64,000 nucleotides of DNA from Thermoanaerobaculia bacterium. GTDB lineage: Bacteria; Acidobacteriota; Thermoanaerobaculia; UBA5066. The DNA lies in assembly GCA_963816185.1 (NCBI GenBank), contig CAWFJJ010000030.1, forward strand, positions 288,001 to 352,000, in the 5' to 3' direction. This document shows, piece after piece, positions 45,783 through 55,244 of this stretch (position 1 is its first letter; each line of letters starts with the position of its first letter). A program made the translations under genes and the position numbers. The notes beneath the pieces are model-generated. The model saw only the letters and a program-made list of their open reading frames with translations, did no database searches and was not told where the DNA came from.

Positions 45783-46480
45783 GCGCGCCGCGCGCGGCTG
45801 CCGGAACCGTGCCGGCGGCCATCGCCGTGCTCCGGCGGGAGCTCCTCGCGGAGTGGCGGACGCGCGTGGCCGTGAACTCGCTCTTCCTCTTCGCCTTCGC
45901 CGTGCTCGTCCTCGTCGCCTACGCCGTGGGCCCGACGCGCCTCTCGCCGGAAGACAGGCCCACCGTGAACGCCGTCCTCCTCTGGATCGTCCTTTTCTTC
46001 TCGGCGATGACGGGTCTCTCGCGCACGTTCGTTCACGAGGAGGACGCCGGCACCGCCGCGGCCCTGCGGCTGTCGGCGCCTCCATCCGGAGTCCTCCTCG
46101 GAAAGCTGCTCGCGAACGTGGCGCTGCTCGGCGCGGTGACCGCCTTCATCGTGCCTCTCTTCGTCGTCCTCATGGGCTTCGAGATCAAGGATCCGCCGCT
46201 CTTCGTCGTCCTGCTCCTGCTCGGGACATTCGGACTCGCTTCGGCGTCCACGTTCACGGCGGCTCTCGTTTCGAAGGCGAGCGCCAAAGGCGCGCTCTTC
46301 GCCGTGCTGGCGATCCCGCTCCTCCTCCCGCCTCTCGTCGGCGCCGTCCTCGCGACGCGGGTCGCGGCGACGCAGGCGGAATTCTCGGCCGGGCTCGATT
46401 TCGCGCGGCTCCTCGTCGCTTACGACGGCGTCGTCACGACGGCCTCTTTCCTGCTCTTCGACGCCGTCTGGCGCGAGTGA
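45779..46480 (+). CDS. ccmB: Heme exporter permease CcmB
   Basis: About six TM helices; RELLAEWRTR, RTFVHEEDAGT, LLGKLLAN, VLAIPLLLP. Confidence 0.88.
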   Translation: MSAPRAAAGTVPAAIAVLRRELLAEWRTRVAVNSLFLFAFAVLVLVAYAVGPTRLSPEDRPTVNAVLLWIVLFFSAMTGLSRTFVHEEDAGTAAALRLSAPPSGVLLGKLLANVALLGAVTAFIVPLFVVLMGFEIKDPPLFVVLLLLGTFGLASASTFTAALVSKASAKGALFAVLAIPLLLPPLVGAVLATRVAATQAEFSAGLDFARLLVAYDGVVTTASFLLFDAVWRE

Positions 46481-46483
46481 TCC

Positions 46484-47737
46484 GTGGCTGAAGCCGGCGC
46501 CCTTCCCGGCCTCCTCGAAGTGGCCACGATGGTCCACCTCGTTCTCGGGATGCTGCGCGCCGTCCTCGGCTCCCGCGGCACCAAGGCGAAGATCGCTTCC
46601 TTTCCGTCGTTCCTCGCGGCGACGACACCGTGGATCTTCCCGGGGACCGTCGCGGTGCTCGCCGTCGTCCTCGCCGACCTTTTCTGGTACGCCGCAGCCG
46701 GCTTTCTCCTGCGCGGCCGTGAAACCGCCCCGCCGGCGCGGCGCCCGACGCCGACGACGACGCTGCGCGTTCTCGGCGTGCGGCGCGAGACCGACGAGAT
46801 CCGGACCTTCCGGCTCGAGCGCCCGCCGGGCTTCGACTTCCAACCCGGGCAGTACCTTACGGTCGTCGTGCCCGTCGAGGGCAAGCTCGTCTCGCGCTGC
46901 TACTCGATCTGCTCTGCGCCGGACGAGACCGGGCACCTCGAGATCTCCGTGCGGCGGCAGGGCCTCGTCTCGGCGGCGCTGCACGAGAGCGTCCGCTCGG
47001 GGGGCGCGATCGCGGCGCGTAAGCCGGCCGGAAAATTCGTCTACCCGGGAGACAGCCAGCGGCCGATCGTCCTGCTCGGCGGCGGAGTCGGGATCACGCC
47101 GCTCCTCGCGATGCTCCGGCACGCGGCCGCCGCCGATCCCGGCCGTGAGGTCACGCTCCTCCTCTCCGTCCGCACGGGCATGCAGATTCCCTTCAAGGCC
47201 GAGCTCGACGACCTAGGCCGGCGCCCCGGACTGCGTGTCGTCGTCACGGCCACGCGGGGCGGCGCCGTGCCTCCCGTCCGTTCGGGCCGGCTGGACCTCG
47301 ACTTCGTGAAGCGCGAGATCCGCGACCCGGCAGCCTGCGTCTTCTGTATGTGCGGCCCCGGGGAGATGATCGAAGGTTTCAAGAAAGGCCTCCCGACGCT
47401 CGGCGTGCCGCCCGGACAGGTGCGAGCCGAGGCGTTCGAGGCAGCCAAGCACGGGCCGGGAGCGCACACGGCGGCCGGGCCCTTCACGCTCGAGCTGACG
47501 GTGAGCGGAAAGACCGTGATTGTCGCCCCCGGGGCGACGCTTCTCGAGGCGGCCGAGGCGGCGGGGGCTGACATCCCCTCGTCCTGCCGCGCCGGCGTCT
47601 GCCAGACCTGCCGGACCAGAGTGGTCTCGGGCGACGTCGACTGCCCCGCCGACTGCACCGACGACGCGGACCGGCGCGACGGCTGGATCTACCCGTGCGT
47701 CGCCTGGCCGAAGTCGAACTGCACGCTCGAAGCCTGA
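46484..47737 (+). CDS. FAD/NAD(P)H oxidoreductase with C-terminal 2Fe-2S ferredoxin and hydrophobic N-terminal extension
   Basis: FQPGQY, RCYSI, GGGVGITP, MCGP, then CRAGVCQTC...YPC. Confidence 0.88.
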   Translation: MAEAGALPGLLEVATMVHLVLGMLRAVLGSRGTKAKIASFPSFLAATTPWIFPGTVAVLAVVLADLFWYAAAGFLLRGRETAPPARRPTPTTTLRVLGVRRETDEIRTFRLERPPGFDFQPGQYLTVVVPVEGKLVSRCYSICSAPDETGHLEISVRRQGLVSAALHESVRSGGAIAARKPAGKFVYPGDSQRPIVLLGGGVGITPLLAMLRHAAAADPGREVTLLLSVRTGMQIPFKAELDDLGRRPGLRVVVTATRGGAVPPVRSGRLDLDFVKREIRDPAACVFCMCGPGEMIEGFKKGLPTLGVPPGQVRAEAFEAAKHGPGAHTAAGPFTLELTVSGKTVIVAPGATLLEAAEAAGADIPSSCRAGVCQTCRTRVVSGDVDCPADCTDDADRRDGWIYPCVAWPKSNCTLEA

Positions 47738-47746
47738 TTCGTGATC

Positions 47747-47761
47747 TGAGACACAGTCTCA
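47747..47761. promoter_or_regulatory. Palindrome TGAGAC-ACA-GTCTCA, candidate activator (bEBP) site
   Basis: Perfect 6-bp inverted repeat about 100 bp upstream of a sigma54-like element. Confidence 0.45.
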
Positions 47762-47856
47762 ACGTTAGGCTCGGACACTTTGAGATAAAGCCGAGCCGAG
47801 GCTCGGACTGTCCGGTACGTACGCTTCGGCGTCCCATTTGCCCATCGGCTGCATCT

Positions 47857-47874
47857 CGGGAACAGATCTTGCTT
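47857..47874 (+). promoter_or_regulatory. Putative sigma54 -24/-12 promoter
   Basis: GGAACAGATCTTGCT: GG at 47859-60, 10-nt spacer, GC at 47871-72, versus consensus TGGCACGNNNNTTGCW. Confidence 0.5.
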
Positions 47875-47924
47875 TTCGGGAGCAGATTCCGGATTTTTGA
47901 AAGGAGTACAGGGGATTGGACTAC

Positions 47925-48902
47925 GTGGCGAACCCGAAGAAGGGTACCCGTCGGATCTCCGCCTCGCCTCCAACATTCCTCGGTCCCTCCTCCGTCGTCC
48001 CGACGCTCACTGCCGCACGCGCCGCCTCCGCGAAGGTGAAGCGCGACGCCTGGCTTCCGATGGCCTCCCTCTCGCACGCCCTCGCCCTCGCATTCCTCGT
48101 GAGCCTCGGCCTCGTCGCCTTCGTGTTCGTGAAGCTGGGCGGATGGCAGTACTACTTCGCTCCGGAGGCGACACGCGGCTACATCCCGGCACACAAGCTC
48201 CTACACCCCGCCGGGCGCGCCGGCGAGATGTTCGGGATCGCGGGCCTCCTCATCATGTGCATGACCCTCGTCTACGCCGCGCGCAAGAAGTTCCGCGGCC
48301 TCTCGAAGATCGGCACGACGAAGACCTGGCTCGAGATCCACATCTTTTGCGGCCTCGTGGGTCCCGTGCTCGTGACGCTCCATACCGCGATGAAGTTCAA
48401 CGGCGTCGTCTCGATCGCGTACTGGTCGATGATCCTCGTCGTCCTGTCCGGCTTCATCGGGCGCTATCTCTACGTGCGGATCCCGAAGACGCTTCGCGGG
48501 ACCGAAATCTCTCTCGAGGAGCTCGACGCGCGCGCCATCGAGCTCAAGGGCCAGCTCGCGGCCGAAGGTCTTGCGACCGTCCTTCTACGCCGGATCGAGG
48601 AGCTCGAGCAAGGTTCACGCTCGGGGGGCTTCATCCTCGGGGACTTCAGGCTCGGACGAGGACTCGCTCAGCTCCACAAGGAGCTCGCTCAGGCCGGTAT
48701 TTCGCCTACGCGCCTCGTCGCCGCCGACCGGCTCATCCGCGAGCGGGTGACGCTTCTCAGGCGCATCGCGACGCTCGACACCTCCAAGAAGCTCTTCCAC
48801 CTCTGGCACGTCTTCCACAAGCCGTTCGTCTACGTGATGCTCGCGATCGCCGCGGTCCATGTCGCGGTCGCGCTGTACTTCGGCTACGCGGGCCACTGGT
48901 GA
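47925..48902 (+). CDS. Inner-membrane protein, putative di-heme cytochrome b (ferric-reductase-like TM domain)
   Basis: About five TM helices with two H-x13-H pairs (HIFCGLVGPVLVTLH and HKPFVYVMLAIAAVH); GTGA overlap with the cytochrome gene. Start uncertain. Confidence 0.7.
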   Translation: MANPKKGTRRISASPPTFLGPSSVVPTLTAARAASAKVKRDAWLPMASLSHALALAFLVSLGLVAFVFVKLGGWQYYFAPEATRGYIPAHKLLHPAGRAGEMFGIAGLLIMCMTLVYAARKKFRGLSKIGTTKTWLEIHIFCGLVGPVLVTLHTAMKFNGVVSIAYWSMILVVLSGFIGRYLYVRIPKTLRGTEISLEELDARAIELKGQLAAEGLATVLLRRIEELEQGSRSGGFILGDFRLGRGLAQLHKELAQAGISPTRLVAADRLIRERVTLLRRIATLDTSKKLFHLWHVFHKPFVYVMLAIAAVHVAVALYFGYAGHW

Positions 48903-51900
48903 GGGCACGCCTCCTCGGGCTCGCGTCGGTCCTCGCTTCGCTCGTGCTGGCGGCACACGCGGACGCGCAGGGCCTCGGGACCCTCGTCTCCCCTGGCAAG
49001 CTCTCGAAGGCGCACGCGAACCTCGAAGGCCTCGACAAGTGCCAGACCTGCCACGAGCCGGGCCGCCAGGTCACCGCCGCCAGGTGTCTCGCCTGCCACA
49101 AGCCCGTCGCCGAGCGCATCAAGGCGAAGAAGGGAGTCCACCGGAACGCCACGGGCGACGACTGCGCGAGCTGCCACGTCGAGCATGCAGGTCTCGACGG
49201 AGACCTCCGTCACTTCACGCCGAAGGGCTTCGACCACACGGGCGAGGCCGGGTTCGCTCTCGACGGCCTCCACGCGCCGCTCGAGTGCAATACCTGCCAC
49301 AAGACACGCTCGTACCTCGGCCTCTCCGCGTCGTGCGCCTCCTGCCACAAAGACGTCCACAACGGGACTCTCGGCGCAACGTGCCAGACGTGCCACGCGA
49401 CGAGCGTCGCCTTCAAGGACACGCGAAAGGGGTTCGACCACTCCCGGACGAAGTACCCGCTGACCGGCGCCCACACGAAGACTCCCTGCGAGAGCTGCCA
49501 CAACGTCAAGGGCGAGTACCGAATCGCGCGCTTCGCCGTCTGCGAGGGCTGCCACAAGAACCCCCACCAGCCGGCGCTCGGGACGTGCACGACGTGTCAC
49601 GTCACGACGAGCTTCAAGGAGCCCGCTGAGGGCCGGAGGTTCGACCACGCGAAGACGGGCTATCCGCTCCGCGGCCGCCACGCGAGCGTCGCCTGCCAGA
49701 CGTGCCACGTGAAGCCGGCGACGGTCGTGCGCCTCAGGTACGCGCGCTGCGCCGACTGCCACCAGGACGTCCACAAGGGCCTCTTCCCCCGCGAGGATTG
49801 CGCGTCCTGCCACACGGAGAGCGGGTTTGCGCCCGCGAAATTCGATCATGGGACGCGCACGAAGTTCCCCCTCGACGGCAAGCACGCGGCCACGCCTTGC
49901 CTTGCCTGCCATAAGCAGGCGGGAGCACAGGTGCGTGCTCCCCGCGCGCAGCGGGTCGTCGACTTCCGCGGCGCGAAGGCGGCGTGCGCCTCCTGCCACA
50001 AAGACGCCCACAAGGGGAAGCTCGGCTCGAGCTGCCAGACCTGTCACGGAACGACCTCCTTCAAGGTTTCGGAGTTCCGGCACCCGCGCCAGCCCGAGTT
50101 CTTCGAGGGCGCGCATGCGGGCGTCGCGTGCGAGAAGTGCCATCTCCCGGAGCCGGCGTCCCGAACCGACCTCGCGAAGGGCGCCGCGGCACCCGCGGCC
50201 GCGCGGCAGTACAGAGGCGTGTCGTTCCAGTGCGCGAGCTGCCACAAGGACCCGCATCTCGGGCAGGTGGGTCCGGACTGCGCGGCGTGCCACAGCCTCG
50301 CGACGAAGGGCTACAAGCCCGACCTCTTCGTCCACACGCGCGCGAAGTTCGCGCTCACGGGCAAACATGAGACGGTCCCTTGCGCGAAGTGCCACGCGAA
50401 GGAGACCGGGACGTTCCCCGCGGGCAAAGGCACGGCGGTCCGCCTCACGGGCCTCTCGACGGAGTGCCGAACCTGCCACAAGGACCCGCACCTCGGGCAG
50501 CTTTCGCCGCGCTGCGAGACGTGCCACGACGCCGCATCGTTCCGGATCGCGAAGTTCACGCATCCCGCGAAGAAGGAGACCGAGGGCTTCTTCGTCGGCA
50601 AGCATGCGGCGATCGCATGCGCCGAGTGCCACCCGAAGGAGACGATGGATTACCCCGCGGGCCGCGGAACCGCCGTTCAATATTCGGTCCCGGTCGATTG
50701 CGCGCACTGCCACGAGGACGCGCACAAGGGCGCCTTGGGGCGCGACTGCGCGTCCTGCCACAACGCGAACCAGTGGCGGACCGCCTCGCGCGCCTTTCAC
50801 AAAACAGCCGCCTTCTCGCTCGAGGGCAAGCACATCTCGGTCCCGTGCGCGTCCTGCCACCTGAAAGGCGTCCTCAAGGGCACGCCCACGGGCTGCTACG
50901 ACTGCCATTGGATCCGCAAGCCCGACGACCGCTTCAAGACGAAGCTCGGGAGCGACTGCCAGACGTGCCACCGGCCGATCGGCTGGACCGCCGTCACGTG
51001 GAGCCACACGTCCGCGACGGGATTCACGCTCGAGACGCCCCACAAGACGCTCGACTGCGAGTCCTGCCACAAGAGTCAGGTCTTCCCGGGGACGCCCCGG
51101 GACTGCTACTCCTGCCATCGGGCGGACTACGAGCGCGTCCAGAACCCGAACCACGTCGCAGGCGGCTTCCCGACGGATTGCACCGGTTGCCACAAACCGA
51201 CTGCCCCGACGTGGCGGGGCGCGACGTTCACCCACGCGACCTTCCCGCTCGCCGGCGTCCACGCGACGCAGGCCTGCGCCTCGTGCCACGTGAACAACAT
51301 CTACAAGGGAACGCCGCGCGACTGTTTCTCCTGCCATCGGACGGACTACCAGAATTCGAAAAACCCGCCCCACGCTGCCGCCGCGTTCCCGACCACGTGC
51401 GACTCGTGCCACAAATTCTCCGATCCGAACTGGCAGGGCGCGGGTTTCAACCACAACTCGGCGACGACGTTCCCGCTGGTCGGGCCGCACGTCACGGCGC
51501 CGTGCGCAAGCTGCCACGTCAACGGCAACTACACGACCGTCCCGACGACCTGCTACGGCTGCCACCAGAAGGACTCGGCGGGCGCCACGACTCCGGTGAA
51601 CCATTCCGGCCTGCCGACGACGTGCGAGAGCTGCCACAAGAACACGGACACGACCTGGCTGCTGGCGACGGCCTTCAACCACTCGACGTACTTCGCGCTG
51701 GCCGGCGCCCACGTCACCGCAGCTTGCGCCCAGTGCCACACGAACGGCAACTTCACGACCCTGCAGTCGACCCCGACGCCTTGCGCGACCTGCCACCAGA
51801 ACGACTACAACACGGCGAAGACGCCCGTGGACCACGTCGCGTCAGGCTTCTCGACCACCTGCGACTCGTGCCACAAGTTCTCCGACACGACGTGGATGCA

Positions 51901-53931
51901 GGCGACGTTCAGCCATACGACCTTCCCGCTGGTCGGCGTGCACGCGACGACGCCCTGCGCGACGTGCCACAACCCCCCGTATGCCCCTTCAGCCAACAAC
52001 TACACGACCGTCCCGACGACCTGCTACGGCTGCCACCTGAAGGACTCGGCGGGCGCCACGACTCCGGTGAACCATTCCGGCCTGCCGACGACGTGCGATT
52101 CCTGCCACAAGAACACGGACGCGACCTGGTCGCTGGCCACGGCCTTCAACCACTCGACGTACTTCGCGCTGGCCGGCGCCCACGTCACCGCAGCTTGCGC
52201 CCAGTGCCACACGAACGGCAACTTCACGACCCTGCAGTCGACCCCGACGCCTTGCGCGACCTGCCACCAGAACGACTACAACACCGCGAAGACGCCCGTG
52301 GACCACGTCGCGTCAGGCTTCCCGACCAACTGCGACTCGTGCCACAAGTTCTCCGACACGACGTGGATGCAGGCGACGTTCAGCCATACGACCTTCCCGC
52401 TGGTCGGCGTGCACGCGACGACCGCCTGCGCGAGCTGCCACGTCAACAACAACTACACGACCGTCGCGACGACCTGCTACGGCTGCCACCAGAAGGACTC
52501 GGCGGGCGCCACGACTCCGGTGAACCATTCCGGCCTGCCGACGACGTGCGATTCCTGCCACAAGAACACGGACGCGACCTGGTCGCTGGCCACGGCATTC
52601 AACCACTCGACGTACTTCGCGCTGGCCGGCGCCCACGTCACGGCGCAATGCGCCCAGTGCCACACGAGCGGCAACTTCGTCAGCGTGCCCAAGAGCCCGT
52701 GCTCGGCGTGCCACCAGAACGACTACAACAACGCGAAAACGCCGGTGAACCACATCGCGTCGAGCTTCCCGACCACCTGCGACTCGTGCCACAAGTTCTC
52801 CGACGCGACGTGGATGCAGGCGACGTTCAGCCATACGACCTTCCCTCTCGTCGGCGTACACGCGACGACCGCCTGCGCGAGCTGCCACGTCAACAACAAC
52901 TACACGACCGTCGCGACAACCTGTTACGGCTGCCACCAGAAGGACTCGGCGGGCGCTACGACTCCGGTGAACCATTCCGGCCTGCCGACGACGTGCGACA
53001 GCTGCCACAAGAACACGGACGCCACCTGGCTCTTGGCCACGGCCTTCAACCACTCGACGTACTTCGCGCTGGCCGGAGCCCACGTCACGGCGGCCTGCAC
53101 CCAGTGCCACACGAGCGGGAACTACGTCAGCGTGCCCAAGAGCCCGTGCTCGGCGTGTCATCAGACGGACTACAACAACGCCAAGACGCCCGTGAACCAC
53201 GTCGCGTCGAGCTTCCCGACCACCTGCGACTCGTGCCACAAGTTCTCCGACGCGACGTGGATGCAGGCGACGTTCAGCCATACGACCTTCCCGCTGGTCG
53301 GCGTGCACGCGACGACGCCCTGCGCGAGCTGCCACGTCGCCAACAACTACTCCACCGTCCCGACGACCTGTTACGGCTGCCACCAGAAGGACTCGGCGGG
53401 CGCCACGACTCCGGTGAACCATTCCGGCTTGCCGACGACGTGCGACAGCTGCCACAAGAACTCGGACACCACCTGGCTGCTGGCGACGGCCTTCAACCAC
53501 TCGGCATACTTCGCGCTCGCTGGCGCCCATGTCACGGCGGCCTGCACCCAGTGCCACAACCCCCGAAGCGCGAAAACTACGTCAGCGTGCCCACGAGCCC
53601 GTGCTCGGCGTGCCACCTCCCCGCCTACCAGACCGCGACGACTCCCGTGAACCACATCGCGGCGGCCTTCCCCACGACCTGCGACACGTGCCACAAGTTC
53701 TCCGACACGACGTGGCTGCAGGGCGTCTTCAACCACACGTACTTCCCGCTGGTCAGCAATCACAACGTGCCGTGCAACCAGTGCCACACCACCGCCGGCA
53801 CCTACGCGGTCTTCAACTGCATCAGCTGCCACACGGCCGCCAAGACAAACGGGGATCACTCGGGCGTCAAGGGCTATGTGTGGGCGTCGACGGCCTGCTA
53901 CTCCTGCCACCCGAACGGACGAGGCGGCTGA
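48899..53931 (+). CDS. Giant multiheme cytochrome c, 66 CxxCH, about 1677 aa (one frameshift at 53560-53564)
   Basis: GTG start, Sec signal ending ADA-Q; 61 CxxCH counted in the 47897..53650 frame plus 5 in the 50380..53931 frame; C-terminus CYSCHPNGRGG. Confidence 0.92.
51467..53745 (+). repeat. Five tandem near-identical hexaheme-coding repeats (447-471 bp)
   Basis: GGACTCGGCGGGCGC recurs at 51571, 52042, 52495, 52942 and 53389; boundaries approximate. Confidence 0.92.
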
Positions 53932-55217
53932 TGCGCCGCCGCCTCGCGATTCTCGCGGCCCTCCTAGTCCTGAGGGCCCCGGCCGCGGCGCAGTCCGCCC
54001 TCGACCTCGGCCGCATCGCCGTGTTCGGCCAGGTCCTGCGGTCGAAGAACGACGACGGGACGACGACGGCCTACAACGAGCTGACCGCTTCGGTCACGCT
54101 CCACACGCCGCCGCGCGACACAGACGGGGTCGAGTTCTCGATCGACGCGCGCGGCTCTGAGTACCCGTCCGTCGCAAACCGCGATCCGCACCTGACCGTC
54201 TATGACGCCTGGGTCGGCGGGCATCTCGCGGGCGGCCACCTGGCCGTGCGGCTCGGTCAGATGTACCTGAACGACCTCGGTGCCCTTGGAGGCGTGGGCG
54301 GTGCCGCGCTCGAAGGCCGAACCGGTAAGGTCCGGTTCGGCCTCTTTGGCGGCCTCGAGCCGAAGGGTTTCGACGCGGGCTACGTCGCGGATGTCAGGAA
54401 GGGCGGTGCGTACGTCGCTTATGACGGGGAGCGCGGCTGGCACGACGCCCTCGGTTTCGTCACGATCCGCGACCAGGGACTCGTTGAGCGGAATGTCCTC
54501 TCGACGACGAACTTCATCCCGGTCGGCAAAGAGTTCTTTCTCTACCAGGCCGCCGAGTACGATCTGACCGGGCCGGGAGGCGTCGGGAGCGGCGGCCTCG
54601 CCTACGTCTTCGCGACGGCCCGCTGGGCCCCTGCCAGGACGTTCGAGATCCAGGGCCAGTACCAGCACGGGCGCTCGATCGACGCGCGCTCGATCACGCA
54701 GGACCAGCTCGCGGGCCGCCCGGTGGACGCGAAGAGCCTTCAAGGTTTTCTCTTCGACTCGATGGGCGGGCGCGCGACCGTGGAGTTTGCCCGCGGCTGG
54801 CGGGTCTGGGGCGGCTACTACCAGGACAAGAACAATCGCGACGACATCGCGTCGAACCGCTGGCAGTTCGGCCTGTCCGCGATGAACGTCCTCGGGTCGG
54901 GGTTCGATGCATTCGCCTCGGACAACCGGACGATCCGCCCGGGAAGCTCCAGCTACGACGCGTGGTACTTCTCTCTCGGGCGCAGCCTCGGCTCCCGTCT
55001 CTACCTGACCGTGGACTACTCGACCTCGCTGTCCGTGCTGCAGCTGACCGATTCGGGGGGCCTCACGGTCGTGAACCGGCCCTCCTCGAGACGCTACAGC
55101 CTCTCGGGAACGTTCAACGTCACTCGCGCGTTCTCCGTCTTCGTGACGGCCGAGCAGCTCGTCGACGACACGTCGAAGGAGAACCGGGGCCTCTTGGGCC
55201 TATCGTTCCGTTTTTGA
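53931..55217 (+). CDS. Outer-membrane beta-barrel, putative porin partner of the cytochrome
   Basis: TGATG coupling to the cytochrome stop; signal peptide; alternating aromatic/Gly beta-strands; C-terminal GLSFRF. Confidence 0.8.
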   Translation: MRRRLAILAALLVLRAPAAAQSALDLGRIAVFGQVLRSKNDDGTTTAYNELTASVTLHTPPRDTDGVEFSIDARGSEYPSVANRDPHLTVYDAWVGGHLAGGHLAVRLGQMYLNDLGALGGVGGAALEGRTGKVRFGLFGGLEPKGFDAGYVADVRKGGAYVAYDGERGWHDALGFVTIRDQGLVERNVLSTTNFIPVGKEFFLYQAAEYDLTGPGGVGSGGLAYVFATARWAPARTFEIQGQYQHGRSIDARSITQDQLAGRPVDAKSLQGFLFDSMGGRATVEFARGWRVWGGYYQDKNNRDDIASNRWQFGLSAMNVLGSGFDAFASDNRTIRPGSSSYDAWYFSLGRSLGSRLYLTVDYSTSLSVLQLTDSGGLTVVNRPSSRRYSLSGTFNVTRAFSVFVTAEQLVDDTSKENRGLLGLSFRF

Positions 55218-55244
55218 TACGGAGTCTCTGAAGCAAGCAGACTA

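Noticed and set aside
47897-48898. N-terminal 334 aa of the 1917-aa cytochrome ORF
   Set aside because: An Arg-rich alternate frame of the membrane-protein gene; the signal peptide begins at GTG 48899.
51467-53745. Repeats as a CRISPR array or a DGR template/variable pair
   Set aside because: The units are ~450-bp in-frame coding repeats with no unique spacers, and no cas or reverse transcriptase gene is present.
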